DNA of 64,000 nt from Tubiluchus corallicola (Eukaryota > Animalia > Priapulida). Of the stretch, positions 49,950 through 64,000 are shown in pieces (positions within the stretch are counted from its first letter, which is position 1; every line of letters begins with the position of its first letter). The notes under the pieces are model-generated. The model was not told the origin of the DNA. It saw only the letters and a program-made list of their open reading frames with translations, and did not search any database. The stretch covers positions 1,364,001 through 1,428,000 of the forward strand of contig JAQGDQ010000002.1 of the NCBI GenBank assembly GCA_030141605.1, in the 5' to 3' direction. Position numbers and translations under genes: made by a program.

Positions 49950-50420
49950 TACATACATTGTGGTAAGTGGTGCTGCATTAAGTGTCTGGATTACAGTAAG
50001 GATATGTATGAGAAGGCTAAGGATAATGAATTTATTTGGTGCTGCTCTGACTCCTGCAGCTACGAGGCGACAACAGCATTAAAGTTTGCCAAAATTCTAG
50101 AAAAAACGTTTGAAGACCTGACTTTGATAATGGAAAAGAAATTGTCATCTATTACAGCTGGTGTTGCCATGGAAAAGCTCATTTGTCGACTTAGTAGTGA
50201 GCATAACAATGATGAAACTCCTGAAACACCAAACAATAAAATGGTTAAGAAAAATGGATGATGCCCACACCAGTAGCAAAATTGCTCAAGTGATGCACAG
50301 TGATGAAAAAGAAGAAAGAGAGAAAAGGAGAAAGAAATCTGATTGTCTTCAACATGCCAAAGTGTGATGCCAAAGAACTGGACTCGTGTAAAGTTTATAA
50401 TGCCACAGTGTTTTAATATA
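49950..50420 (+). mobile_element. Decayed LINE ORF1 fragment (PHD-finger type, CR1/L2)
   Basis: ..MYEKAKDNEFIWCCSDSC (PHD C-terminal half), a coiled-coil segment, then EEREKRRK; frameshifted. Confidence 0.5.
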
Positions 50421-50698
50421 AACCATAGAATTGTGATTCACGCTGAGAACACAAAGTGAAATGCTGTTGGTATACAAGGCTCTACTCTTAATTTTTTATT
50501 TTACTGCAATAAGCTTGCTTATAAACTTGCATTTTAAAATTTCTGAAGTGTATTTTCAGAATTTGCGTGATAGTTCATAAAATAAGTCAGTGACAGAGTT
50601 TGGTCTAAAATGTTTCTGGAGTTGTGAAGACAAACCAGTTCACAGAAATGTTTGTGTGAGAATGTGAAGGTGACTTAGTTTTTTGTTAATCCTTTAAT

Positions 50699-52120
50699 CA
50701 GTGCTTAAAGTGCATATGGTTAGCTAAGGAGTCTCATGGTGAACAGAATAAAAACAGGTAGTAGGTCTAGGGGAGTACATTAAGCTCCTCCATCGTGATC
50801 TGGGCCTAAGACCTGGAAACCGATGCATCTTCCTGGTTTTTAGGCATTTTGAGCCAATCAATGGTCGAAAAGTTAATGACAAAAGGGCATTTCAATAAAC
50901 AGTATTTCAAGTGTTTTGTAAGGATCATTTCTTTGTCTGCTCATTTAACCACTGTCGAACCATCCATCTAGGTCTTTAAATCATCTAATCAATAACATAG
51001 TTAATGTCATTCCCTTTTGTGACCAATTCCTTTCTTGTGAGTCAGACAACAATATCACTAGCTGTCATGTACATCATATATTTCATGATATTCACAAACA
51101 CAAAATCATTTAAAAATTCATCCATTTTTCTTTCTTTTAATTCACAATCTATCTGCTTTTCTATTCATTTTCAGGGTAGTATATAAAAATTATAACGCCC
51201 TAGCTGACAGTTCAATCATGCGCACCTGTATTGTGGATTTGTGATTGGTATATATGAAACCCAATAAATAATTATTGTGGTATATTAGTAGCACTACTAC
51301 CTAAATACTCTTGTTGTTTTTGTTAACTACATATAATTGTACGACCTTATGTCTAAGAAGGTTGCACAACTGCGTGTGGTGTAGGACCTTTTATATAAGA
51401 CTAATTGTATTTGTTTGTCATGAACGTTATATGGCACTTATAAAGACGTGCAGGCTGCAGGTGTGTTATAAAATACACGCTTTATATGAATATGAAATGA
51501 TACACATTTTCTGAGTATAGAGGAAAATAATTTTTTAACGCTGAACCATTATTTGCCACCCTAGTGTACACAGCCTGGTTAGTCATTGGTAAATATGCCC
51601 TGATCATTTTCATCACAGGTTCACGTATTGGTTGAACCCTCGTAATTAAGAAACCTGTTTGGGTAATTATGGTAAGTTGGCAGCACTTTCAGTCAAAATC
51701 GCATTATGATAATTTGCATAATCATATATTCTGTCGGTAACGAAAAAATCCAGTGATAAGTTGTGCCAGCGACCTTTTCATTTTCAAAAAAAACGAACAA
51801 CGTGCAACAAATACCTATCTTCGAACTGCTGTGATGTGACAGAGCAGAGACGAAAATAATGCATAGTGCTACAACTGTTGTGGTGCGTTTTTAAGTAACT
51901 CTTTGTTTCGTTTTTCGTATTTACAGTCTTTAGTTCAATAACATACAAAGTTTTTAGTAATACTGCTGGAAGAAGGTTTATGTATCATAAACTTTCGTGT
52001 TATTGATAGCATTTAAATGGTGAGAAATCTAAATGTGTGACCCGACGGGAAATTATTTTTTTAGGTGCAGGATCTCTAATTTTAGGTTCCGGGTCGCAGA
52101 CCGGCACACTTTAAGCACTG
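50699..52120. mobile_element. Non-autonomous hAT element, ~1.4 kb
   Basis: 14-bp TIR CAGTGCTTAAAGTG / CACTTTAAGCACTG; 8-bp TSD CCTTTAAT / CCTATAAT (7 of 8 match). Confidence 0.8.
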
Positions 52121-52809
52121 CCTATAATGTAAATTTGCTTTTATGTGACCTAATTTTTTACATTTATAGCTTATTATTACCTATAGTTAGCAAGTGTTTT
52201 TTTTGTTTTCATAGCTGTTATAACGCTTGATAAAACTGAGTAGACAAAATATTTTGTGAACATTTTCCATCTATTTTGCATATGATTGATTTGAAGTTTT
52301 CTAATCGAACCAAAATAAATAGGCAACAAAAAATAATTAGTTCGCTTGTCAGTCTGCACATTCTTAGTTGGCAGAAAATGATTTATTCACAATTTTGTCT
52401 ACATTTTAACATCCAGACTACTTCAGCTTTTATTTAGATTTCTGCCCTGATCTGCCACTTTGTGGAGTTATGCGAACATGCTATACTAACTGAAAGAAGT
52501 TCCAGAGACATGTCAGTAGGTATCTTTGTTCAGTTCCAAGAACGTACAAGAATGCGCATTTATTTTTGCCATATTGATATTTGCACACAGGTTCATTTAG
52601 CTTTTTTCTTTATTTTTGCCTCCACTCATCATGAGAGTCACTACCTTGTCTGAGATGATTTATGTAAAGAGAAAGCTAAACGTAACTTTAGTCTAATCCT
52701 AATAAAAGCTGCATCTAAACACTGAGTTTATGGAATTTGCATATAGAACTATTTCACTGGTCTCAGTTTTTGCATTTTCCACTACATGGCATCGTGTCTT
52801 TACTTTCTT

Positions 52810-53549
52810 CTAAATAAGACTTAATGGATAGTTTATTTTTCTGGAAGCATCATTTAAATTGGCACATGTATACCGTAGCATTTCCCTGTCTATATTACAC
52901 GAAATTTCTTGTAGCTCATTTATATGGCTCTCTTGAACATGATGAACAGTTTTTGAATTCTCAATGTGTGGCATTGTTGAACTGTCGATCATTCTGGGTC
53001 CAACGTGCAGTGTCTTTATGCGATTTGGATTGTTCCGACACTTAAACAAACTTGCATAGCCCCGCTGAAAGTCTTTGCGAAAAATACCGTAAATAAATGG
53101 ATTTACACTGGAAGCAAGAAGTTGCACCAATGAAGAAATGCTGTTAATATGTCCAGGAATGGTGTCGTTTGTCCCAGCAATGACTTTGACAAGCTTTGTG
53201 ACACAAAAAGGCGTCATGCATATAAAGAACAATAACATCACGACCATAATGCTCTTAATTGTTTTTGTCTGCTTGTCTATGTGCGGCTGGTATGCCTTCC
53301 TTGCTGTTGCGATAATCACAGCATAGTTGTGAGCAATTATGATACATGGAAGAGTAAAACACATTAAAAATGCGACAACGACGTAGATGAGTATTGAGGT
53401 AATCGCTTCTTCGTACCACCAGTTAATCGCGCACACCATTTCCCAGTAGTCATAACGTACCCAGTGTAATGCAACAGGGACAACAGCAAATGCAATACCT
53501 TGTATCCATGTGAAACACAGTGCAAGTTGAATTCGTGCTTGCGTCACAT
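52810..53549 (-). CDS. Rhodopsin-like (class A) GPCR, terminal exon TM4-TM7 and C-tail; 5' exons not found
   Basis: 245-codon ORF with TM4 Trp (FTWIQG), ECL2 Cys (VCAINW), TM5 FTLP..Y, TM6 FFICMTPF, TM7 NPFIY and helix 8 FRKDF. Candidate minus-strand AATAAA at 52609-52614. Confidence 0.85.
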
Positions 53550-56367
53550 CTGGAGGTTTTCTTTGTCATCTGCAATTAGCAAATATTGACTATTTAACGT
53601 GACACTTTAAAAAGTTATACCAAAAAACAAATAATACATTGCAGCGATCATTGTTTGCAAGGTTTTACATTTTCATAATTTCAGTTCTGTATATAATAAC
53701 ATCAATCTGTTAAAAGTTTAAGTGGTAGAATTTATAAAATTTTACGTACGCGTAGTCTTGGGGTTTTTCTTCAATGCACGCCCACCAAGCATTGTCATCA
53801 CATTCAAAACCATGGTATGAATTAAGATGGTAATATGCTCAGTAATTTATGTTGATTTACATTGGTAAGACTTATTCAGCGTACACTCGATATCTCGTCT
53901 TGTATAAATTTACACTACGTGCGGACTAAATACGGTCACAGATCTGGACTTTGTCAACACTCAATTCCTATGCAATGTAATCTCTTCGAATCTACACATT
54001 ACTTAGCATTAGTTTACAAGTAAAAATGTGTACCCATGATCAATAAAAAAGAAACAATAATACTAGTCTTTAATTTTCAAAAAGGAATACAATACCTATC
54101 GGTACAGACTGGTGTATTAACATAAGGAGTATAATCAGCAAATTGTCTGAATTAGCTGATACATTTAACGCACAGGACCTAATATTATTGGCATAACATG
54201 GATGCAGTAAGGTATTAGTAACGGTGATATCAGCCTTCCAGGCTTGGAAGTTTTTAGACAGGATCATCACGACAACGAAAGAAGAGAAGCCTGAACATTA
54301 CCAATTGTTACTGAATGGATTCCAGCAATTCAACATAACTAGGAAATAGCATATGAGATGCAATTGTTCCATAATCATGGACATTTATCATCCATCTACA
54401 TGGCACAACTTTTACATCTTTATAATGTACTGTCCACCTGCAACATGCTTAGCGGGCGGTTGTAAATTTGACAAGATACTGTCTCGATCCAACACACTGT
54501 ATAAATGAACCAACTAGACAACAGACTGTGTTAAACCTAGGATAGTCTTCTGGACAAAGTATGGTAGAAAGTGCATTTGTTCCACATACTTTTGCTGCCA
54601 TTCATCATAACTTTATCAGATGCATTGTGCATACAACTGAGTTTTATAAGTTCGTTTTTGACAACTATGTCAATGTTCAACAGCAGATTATAACCACATA
54701 CTTCAAGAAGAAAGTTAACAGATGCCTCTTATCACTAAAAATTAGTTTTAATGAGTTCTGTTTTCCTGGACCTACATGCATATTGTCATATTGTCACTTT
54801 TCTGTTGTAACCACTTACCTGATATCTTAAAAATACAATTTGTTACAAAATGATACATTAAGAATTGTAAAATAGTGAGGGGCAAACAAACCATCCCATT
54901 AGGATAGCTTAAATAGCTGGCAAAATTTTAACGTTTCAGAACTTTCTTATCAGGAACATGTTATTATTAGTCTAATTCATACAATGTCTGCAGACATTAT
55001 CTGAGTTTGACGTTCATGCTGAAGCTCTTCATCTTTCTTTCACTTCTTTAACTAATCTTCTTTCAAAAGTGTGTGACAGAATCAGTTGTTGATTAATTCT
55101 CACGCAGCTGTAAGAAAATCTGATGTGGCACCACTGCTGTGAATCGTAATGAGTTTTTTTTTTTTGAAATGTGAAATGCAATAGAGAGGTTAGGAAACCG
55201 ATCACGTTAGACGAAGTGCCTGCCTACAGAGAACATTCCTCCATTTAGATACTTAATGAAATCGAACAAAGTTTGCCGAAGTCTAAAGAAGCAAAATGGG
55301 GTAATATTGGTATATCAATGCAGCAATGGATATTATTGATTCTGAGAATATTTTGAAACTAGAATGGAAGTTTTCCCTGGATCCTTAGCTGTTGTGCTTA
55401 GGGGTCCCTGTTTAAGTTTATTGCTCTCTTATTCCTATAGCTCTTAATCTGCTAAAGAAGGCAAAAATCTGTTTTCCCTTAGTTAGAACTCTAGGTTTGC
55501 GACTAATAAGTTTACTAAATGTGCTATATCATCTTAAACTTGCGAGAACTGCTCAACAGGAAAATCTATGTAAGATGCCCTTTATGGGTAAATTGTGCCA
55601 GGAAAAAGAGTTATTCTTTGGGCCCAATAAATTAAATTACGCACCTTTTAAATTAACTAGAATTATCAAAACAAATTAACAACAATGAAAACTGGGTTTG
55701 AAGTGAATGAAACGTATAGAAGTTCGAAGATGAGGTGGTGTAGCATGACTAATAGTAGATAATTGGAGAAACTTAGGGTGTTAGATGAACGGCCAAGAGA
55801 TAGTGAAGCAGCAGGCAAATTTATAATAGGATCATGATTATTGCTGCTTAATGCGCTTGATATCTACTGGAAAAGATGAGATGCAGATGTTTGTTTCAAG
55901 CCAACTGATGAAGTAGCCCACCGCCTTAGTAGTAGATAATCAGTTGTGTAGCCTGTGTTTGAAAACAAGCAAAGGCGGGAAACTCTTACTGTGGCATCCT
56001 TGTAGATGCTGGCAGCCGATTATCCATGGTGAATTATCATCACTACCCTTGAGAGTCAATTATTGCTATCACTCCAGTGTAATAAGAACTTTGTACCGTG
56101 TTGTGGAGAAGGTACGCTGATACCGAAATCTTCGTGCTCGCTTCCACTTTTAATCTTCTGCCTCTTATAAGTCTTATGATTCTAAGCTGACTTCGCTATT
56201 AGAGTAACTGCATTGCGTTTATTCATGCTGTTTTTTTAAGTATCAGACATTGAAATTAACGGAGGCTTCTTTTGGGTTCTGTACTGTGGTAAAAAAAACT
56301 TAAATAAGTAAAAGTGAGTGTGCACTATAAATCAAAGCATTTTTGAACACTTTATAGCAGTGCCCCA

Positions 56368-56391
56368 TATATATATATATATATATATATA
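56368..56391. repeat. (TA)n microsatellite
   Basis: TA run. Confidence 0.9.
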
Positions 56392-59300
56392 ACACGTATA
56401 TGACATTATATAATAAATAATTCAATTCCAGTCTAATCTTTGCAGGTCTTTCAAAATATAAAAAAATCTCCTCTTTCTGTCGCTTTTAGCTCAGGGGGCA
56501 AATCCGAATTTGTTTGTGGATTTTATTACTCTCTGTTTAATGTTGCTAGTAGGGTCATTTTAAAACTGAGTCAAAAATGGTTTTAATAATAATGGAAATC
56601 TGACCCGTGAAATAAATTACAGCTGAGGTCCATAATCACGTTCGCACTTTTTTACTTTATTAATTGTTTTTTCAATGCTTATACATTTTTAGCTCTTAAT
56701 TAGTTATGCGTAAATGTTATACAAATACATCAGGATTAGTGATACCCTAGTATAGCAAAAACATTTTGCGTATATCGGTAATGTGCGAACGTTCCACACC
56801 GTATCTGTTTACCTTTCTTTAAATATGGCCAAGTCGCACTCACTGTGTCTTTTGACAAATCGACGTTATGTGCCACACTAGTGGGAGACCATAAATAAAG
56901 AAAATAAAAGGACACTGCGGAAGACAGATATTATAAGAAAATAAGAAAACGAATGGTAGAATTGACGCTCGACAGTTGACTGAAAAAGAAAATAAGTTAA
57001 TGAGCAAAAACAATCAGATGTCTTTAAGAGATCAATAATCGTTTATACAAGAACTTAGAATGTCTATCACGAACCTCGATTGAAGTAATAACTTATGGCA
57101 TTGTAATTCAGGAAAAACGTAGCATCTATTTGAATCAAATTGTTTTCTGTAAAGAATATTTCTTGAGGACGTATCAGTTTTGATGCATCTCTGCAGACAG
57201 TCCCTTGTAGTCTCTGGGGTCAGTTCTTCAATTAGCGCTCAATGATTAGGGGATACTGCCGTATTGTCTTCTTTTTTCTAGTTGCTGTATAGCTCACTCC
57301 AAGACCTCACGAAATGCCACGAAACGTTATCTTTTTTGTGCAAAAACTTTAAAGATTGGATAGTTTTATTCCATTATGAAAATTTCCCCGGCACAAACAG
57401 TTGGAAAGATACAAAAAGTGGATAAAAACGGTCGCACGTTCGTATGTTCAAAAGCAAGAAAGGCCTTAATAAATAAATAATTGCTGCTCTGTAAATTTTT
57501 GTGCATAAAAAAGCACAGTAAATTTATCTGCTGATTAGACATTAGTTGTCATGTTGTTTACTAAAGAGAGTTGTTGTTCATTGTAAGCTGATGTCCCGAT
57601 TTCCCGCGAGCATGTTTACTTCACAACGGAGACGAAGTGATAGACCATTATGTTTGTACGCTTCAGCATCTTCCGCCTTAGACATCTATATTAATAAAGC
57701 CACATACGGGCAGACTACACCTGACTTACACAGTACTAAGAATCACAGCACCATTAAATCCTATTAGTCAGTTGTGTGCTTTAATTGTATGAGCGGCTTT
57801 GAACGCGATAACGAAAAATAGCGTCGTGTGCATGTGCAGTTTTATTGCTAATTTTTACTGTATAACGCATTTATGATTTTTATTAAATGGAAACTTTTTT
57901 CAAGTTTTACAAGTACGAAATATTATACTAAAGTAAGAACTGCTGTATGCAGGCCGCTGATTGAATTTCGACCTTAGGTGATACAAAACCTGCGACTGTG
58001 AGCAAGCTATGGGAGTTTGGGTGCAAGAAAAATTGTTTACTGGTAATTACCGAAAATTAAAAATCCTGTGTGTACTAAATTTTGGTATGAGGAACATATC
58101 AAATAGAATGTAGTGACAAAATTAATTACTGCTTATCGAACCCATCTGGCGTTCATGCTAACGCATCACTTATCTGTGCCAATAGCAGGCCGTATATACA
58201 AATCTTTTACGCCATACAATTGTGGATTCTCCTTTCAGCTATCTCGTTTCTAAATTAACTAATAAACGCTTAATTTAATGAAAAACAGATAAATAATTTG
58301 GTGAATTATCTGCAGTGATAGATTGAAGAAATATCTGTTCTTTTTCTTCTTCATTGTCAGATTTTTCATCGTGCCTATTTTTGTCATTAAGAATCATCTG
58401 CGTGTTAAAACGGCTAATTGTCAAGAAGCCTAGAGTTTCATCTACGAAATTTCGAACTGTCCAATTAGAAAAACTGAGGCTGCCATCTTTTTAAGTAAGA
58501 AGTTCTCAAATTACGCAAATACGTCGACTGCTTTGATGTCAAGTCGAATTATTGTTTACTGATGTGTGAAAAATAATATTTTGACAAGGTTTTCCCCGAG
58601 TCTCTCGGCCGAGTAATTCGTTTCATTGTCAATCAATAAAAATATTGATTAAATAAAAAATTACTAGTCTTCTGGGTTTTATATCGATTGTGGTCCTAAT
58701 CAAACACGTTATCGCACTTAATCCACAGCTGAAGACATCTAAATCAAATGTGTTATGCATGAGTGGGTTTTACACTTTTTAAACTGAAAGATAAAAGATG
58801 AGAGTGAATGACTTTGACACTTGTATTCAATAAAAAAAACACGGAACAGTAAAATCACGTTATTATGTCGAAATTGCATGTAGATTCTGTCATTGCGTCA
58901 CTTCCGGGTTCTGAAGTGTGAACTTGCTTGGTGCGTACAAGTAAAACGCAATGTAACGTGTTCAATAAATCGTGAGAAATTGAAAGGATGTGCGAAATTG
59001 TCATATCAGATGAGATGTGTGGGATGAAAGCAATGCTCATGTGGTCAGGAAATTGATAGATTTCATCAGGATAGTAAATACAAGGTTGTGATTTTTTGCC
59101 GAAGTCCATCTTAGTCTGTAATTGAGTAAAGTCAAACTTTTAGTCGAAGCCAGCCTTCATTATACGCGGCGAACTATGCTGCAAGAGCTAATCAACTTTA
59201 AATAAAATTAGTACATGAATAACATCTATTTACTTGCTAAACTAGCCAACAAAAATCAGGAAAAACTGAAAAGTATCCACTACCGCAAAAAGCGACTTGG

Positions 59301-59579
59301 AAAATTGTAACAATATTAAGTTTCAAAAGCTGCAACATTGAACGTGCGTAAAGCCCATAAACCATTGCGGCTGACTTAACTTACTCTCCTGTAAGTAAAC
59401 GCGTATTCTTGAGAAAATGGCTTCAAAATTAAGTAATCGTGATACGAAATATGGATAAAAATATATAAAAACCACAACGAACTTACTGTTTACAATTGCA
59501 TATTACGTTTTCAATACAACTGATTTTTACATCTTTACTAAAATAGTACCTATAGATCAGTAGGCCATTGCTATACTGA

Positions 59580-59790
59580 TAAATTTAAACAAACGAATGA
59601 ATAATTGAATAAGTTGATAAATGAATAAACGAATTAATAATTGACAGATTGAATGAATGAATGAATGGCATCAAAGAAGGAAAGACGAAAGAATGTGTAA
59701 CAAGAAATAATTATATAAGTAAATGAGCTATTGAATAAATAAATGAGCTATTGAACAAATAAATGAATAAGTGAAAGAACGAACGAATTA
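59580..59790. repeat. Degenerate (GAAT/AAAT)n tandem repeat
   Basis: Repeated TGAA/TAAA units; duplicated AAATGAGCTATTGAA. Confidence 0.7.
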
Positions 59791-60039
59791 ACTCGTGAAA
59801 CTACTTGTAAATCGAAAGCAGCTTTATGTTATAATGCTTTCCCCAAACTTTTTTTAATTAAGTGCGACTGCTTCCTGGGATTATAGTGGAAAATAGATTT
59901 ACAATGCTTTAAGCTGTTTTGGGCGGATGCATGGTAACGGGCAGGAGAAAATAACAATAAAAACAGTTTTTAGGTATTTAGGTGTTCGACATACTAGATA
60001 GTGTGGAGGAAGTTACATAATATTTAGCAGGAAGCTGCT

Positions 60040-60900
60040 GAAACAAAGAAGATACCCGATCAAGCCACAGTAACTGCTTAGAGTGAATGGCATTATGGTA
60101 AAAAAATCAGGCCTGCATTCTGCAAGAACTTAACAGCAAGGCTTAATGTGTACGTGCTTTAGCATGGTCGAAACCCATCTTATTATCAATGATAATTCTC
60201 TAAAATGAGACATTCGATCGGATCTTAGGCACATTCGAATACGTATGTATTATACAGTCTCACTTGAGGAGGTAAACAGCTCGAACATATATTATTAACA
60301 AGAATGATATGGTATTTCAAATCTAAATCGCTCGAGAACCGTATATCATCAGTAATGTAAATCACTTTAATAAAGCATACATTCGTATTGTGTTATGTTA
60401 AATATGAATTATACATGTCATCTGCAACATTCGTAAATTATTGTATAAAGTATGAATTGTAAGTATCCATCTGCAATTACAAAACGTGGGTTACGAAGCG
60501 TAGGATGATAACAAAAGCCTCTGACAAAGACTAAACTCTGCTTAGGTTAAAGATATGTATCGAATGAGGACGGTTAGGTGAGTGAGTATTTATGAGTAGT
60601 TTAATTGAAAATGAGATGGTTAAGTTTAGTAAACTACTACTGATAGAAAATGCAGAGAGTAGTACGCCTCGTAAAACATCTTGAAAAAGTTCTTTGCAAG
60701 ACAAGTTGGACTGCAATGGATGAAGGCAATTTGCGATTTGGATAGTAGTTGGGAAAGTCTGAAAGTTTGATTGTGACTTTGGTAAAGAGATAGCAAGAAG
60801 TGCACGTTTTCTGAAATCTTGCCATGAGATGAGTTGAATTGTGTAAGTTATTTTGACCTCAGAGTTTATTTGAATGTCGCAGATGAATTTCATATCTTAT
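60040..60900 (+). mobile_element. Highly decayed LINE endonuclease (APE) region
   Basis: Remnants VNGI, VETHL, GG and DLDSSWESLK in LINE ORF2 order; many disruptions. Confidence 0.35.
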
Positions 60901-63900
60901 CATTACCAATCGTCACTACAGAAAAACTCACAACATATTCAATAAAAGTTGTAGATACAGCTCCAAGTACCAACTTTGATCCAATTTTGGTTGCATGTTG
61001 TACTCGACAATGATACTTTTAGTCGAATCTGCTATTTCAACGCTCGTCAAATGGACTTTTCATTTATTGATAACTCGTCTATAGTTTTGTCGAAAATGGA
61101 TCGTATGTAACTATATGTTTCTGTATGCCTAAAGTGAAGTTCGACATATTTTCCGGAATTTATAGTAGATTATGCTATATCGGAAACGATAAAAATTTTG
61201 AGCTTTGGTGTGCTTTTTAGCCACACTTAATTAACATAACATTTGCGATACGTATTTTGAACAGCTTTGATCGGATATAATAAAAAAGAAATTTTCTTTA
61301 AGTGTATCTTTTCAATATATCAAGTGATGAAGCTAATTTCTTTTCATCCCAATGCTGCCCTTCCATTTTAGAAGGACAGCTGGCATTCGTAGCTCAGAAT
61401 CTTACAATTTTTTTCTCCAAATGTTAGTGTTCACGATGGTGTTAGCTGTTAAGTTTATTGAAAGGCACTGAATTATAAATACATTTTATTTGATAAAATG
61501 TCGCTGTTTCTAGATATCCTTGGAACTTTTCACAGTCAGTAATAAATGAAAGGCTATAAATTTCACAAAAGATGTGCGCGTTATGTGGTAATTAACAGTA
61601 AACATTAAAAAAATAAACGCAGTGTGCAATTTATTGTATGCGTTGTTATTTAATTTGAGACAAAAAATAGCTTTTGTAAAAAATATCCCCAAAAAATTGT
61701 CATTTAGAAAATTTAGTCTATAAAATAGTATTAAAACCTCTCGTTCAGTTTTGCTTCAAAGCAGCTAAATACTTATATTTAGATAATTAATATGAGTAGT
61801 TATGTAGAAAATTATCATAATTAATAGTAATTAATCTGCTATAGTGCTCACATCATAGCTTTTCTTGATGCTATAACACATTTCACTAAATCGTCACACT
61901 TGCACACTGTTTGCAAGTTTATGATACTTATAAACAACTCGCTATATAAAAAACTGTTTATGCAACAGATATTATTCTTGTTATAAAGAATTTAAAAAAT
62001 TCTTTCATGCTCACTCTTTAATTGGCCGGTCGGTTACCTTTTGTACTAACAGAAGCGAGATGGCTAATTACAGCACTTGGTTTCTAAAATGCATTGATTT
62101 TGTTGTTGAAAGATTATGGATGATCAAAGATTAATAAAACACAACACATGGAAATAGGAACTTTTTCGATTAAATAATTATTTATTTTACTTATTTAATC
62201 AATATTAATTAATCACTTAATTAACATTTTTAATTATAGTTAAATAATGTCTATTTCTATCTCTGAAAAGAATTAAGCAGTGACGTCGCTCTCTAGTTTA
62301 ACATTTGAATGTGAAGGATGCTTGGCTTGCCCAAAAACAATGGCGGGTAACTTACTCACGCTTTTGCAATGTAAATCGAGTGCACATCAGTGCCTTTAAA
62401 CATATAGAAGAACATTAAACATTTAGAAGAGCTGGTTACAACTTGCAATTATCTTTCTGAATACGAGCGCATTTTTACACCATACCAAACGCTTTTCTTT
62501 ATTAAAATTTTCTTGATTTTGCAGTCCACAATAACTTTAACAGCAGTAGTCTACAGTTTAGTAGTCCACCGTGTTTTGTGCAAACGTGTTTTTCTTGAAA
62601 AATGTAAAACAAAGTGGATTTTTATTATGACAAAAATAATTTCGAACTCTGCAGAATAAAAATATTTGGAGTAATTTCTTACCATTTTTCTACAATGTAA
62701 GTATGTAACTCACCCCGGCGTGTTTCACGTCACCAAAAGCGAAGGTTTTATTTCATAGTTGTAAATAGCATACGCACAGAGACTATCAAAGCATTAATGA
62801 GTGAAACCGCTCGTCAGTTGCAACTAGTCTTTAAACTTTTGTCGTAAATTAATGTATTAAGATGCATCACTGCTTTTGCACTTAATGAAAAAACTTTGCT
62901 TCTCTTTTGCCCGACATTGCTCATCCTCAGTCGAAGCTTGTTTCTGCTTCTCACTCCTGCGCGCATTGCTCGTTGTTGCTTAGAGGCTATTTGCACTAGG
63001 TTTCCATGAATATTTTGTGACGCTTGTCGCTTTATTACCATCATTACACTAGAGAAACCTAGCGGCGAATAGTCACAATTTTTTCTGCGACACAAAAATC
63101 GTAAAACCCTTGAGTTCTTTTGGGATGTAATTTAGCAATCGAATAATCGAGATCTTCAGAATGGTAAAGTACGGTGCTGCCAGGCAAAAAGCAGTTTTAG
63201 CAGGAAACTTGACCTAACTGCTACTTGAACGGTGCTTTAGCTACTACTTTCATAGAACCTGGACAATTTTAAAAACATTTTTCCCATTTACTGGATGTAA
63301 AAAGCTATGTGCACATGTCCCAAAATTATTTGTGGAAAACAATTGTGGAATTACTTAACAGGTAAATTATTTTTGGCAAAATTTTTTGCTGGGTGCTCAG
63401 TCACAAAATACTAAAACTTGATTAAAAGCTTCATTTTTACTCATGTGTAAGTTTTAAACTTCGTCTCTTTTAACTTGAAGTTTGAATGCAGGAGAATGTG
63501 ATGAATGGTTGAACCGACCAAGCAGCTGTTTTTCGACTTTTTCACAGTCATAATCAGTCCTGGCCAAGCAATAAACTTGGTACTTAGGATAACAGTGTAT
63601 AAGTTTTCTACTTGCTTGGCAAAAATATTAGAGCCGTTACAGGTAGAGGGGTCAAAAAACTTACTTAGGTGTTTAGTGTGATGAAAGTCATGCGCCGACC
63701 AACCTGGCAGAATAGAACAGAACAGAATTACACAGTACTCAGTTTGCTGCGTTACATTTGCAATGCAAATTAACGTGATGGTAATTTAATTGTACACGCT
63801 CTTGAATCTTGGAAAGTGCGCAGTTTTCTGCAAGATTATCCAGTATCCGAGTATCAGTAAATTACCATAAAACATTAATTAAAATAAAAATCTAATTACA

Positions 63901-64000
63901 CGTTCTACAATTATAAGTTTTGCGTTTCATTACAGGCTGATGCATCATAATAGCAAATCATTAATATAGTCGTTTGACCACTTTAATGCCGGTAACGCCG

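Noticed and set aside
51619-51641. Possible SH3 continuation exon (VHVLVEP)
   Set aside because: Lies inside the hAT element 50699-52120, hits a stop, and no DWW-encoding partner exon was found.
52810-53547. Opsin identity for the GPCR
   Set aside because: The position equivalent to the retinal-binding Lys296 is Leu.
57546-57767. Possible Penelope GIY-YIG remnant (YGQTT)
   Set aside because: Single weak motif; not supportable.

Overview
AT-rich, intron-rich genomic DNA from an invertebrate animal. It contains no prokaryotic features. Four protein-coding loci were assembled by hand from splice sites and reading phases. (1) An ankyrin-repeat gene on the minus strand runs off the left edge. 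(2) A two-exon secretory peroxiredoxin-4 lies on the plus strand. (3) The 5' part of a beta-heavy spectrin gene (karst/sma-1/SPTBN5 type) lies on the plus strand, with up to 25 coding exons covering CH1, CH2, spectrin repeats 1-5 and the first half of the SH3 domain. (4) The TM4-TM7 exon of a class A GPCR lies antisense in what appears to be a >20 kb spectrin intron. Introns and intergenic DNA hold many decayed LINEs (RTE, CR1, L2, R2-like), MITEs (hAT, Tigger/pogo, Harbinger), a 5S-like SINE and microsatellites. The main observation is that up to 669 aa of an unfamiliar 81-aa tandem repeat is inserted in frame between CH1 and CH2 of the spectrin actin-binding domain. The insert is a phase-0/phase-0 block of up to six exons, and skipping it would restore a normal-length CH1-CH2 linker. 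All gene models are manual predictions without transcript evidence.
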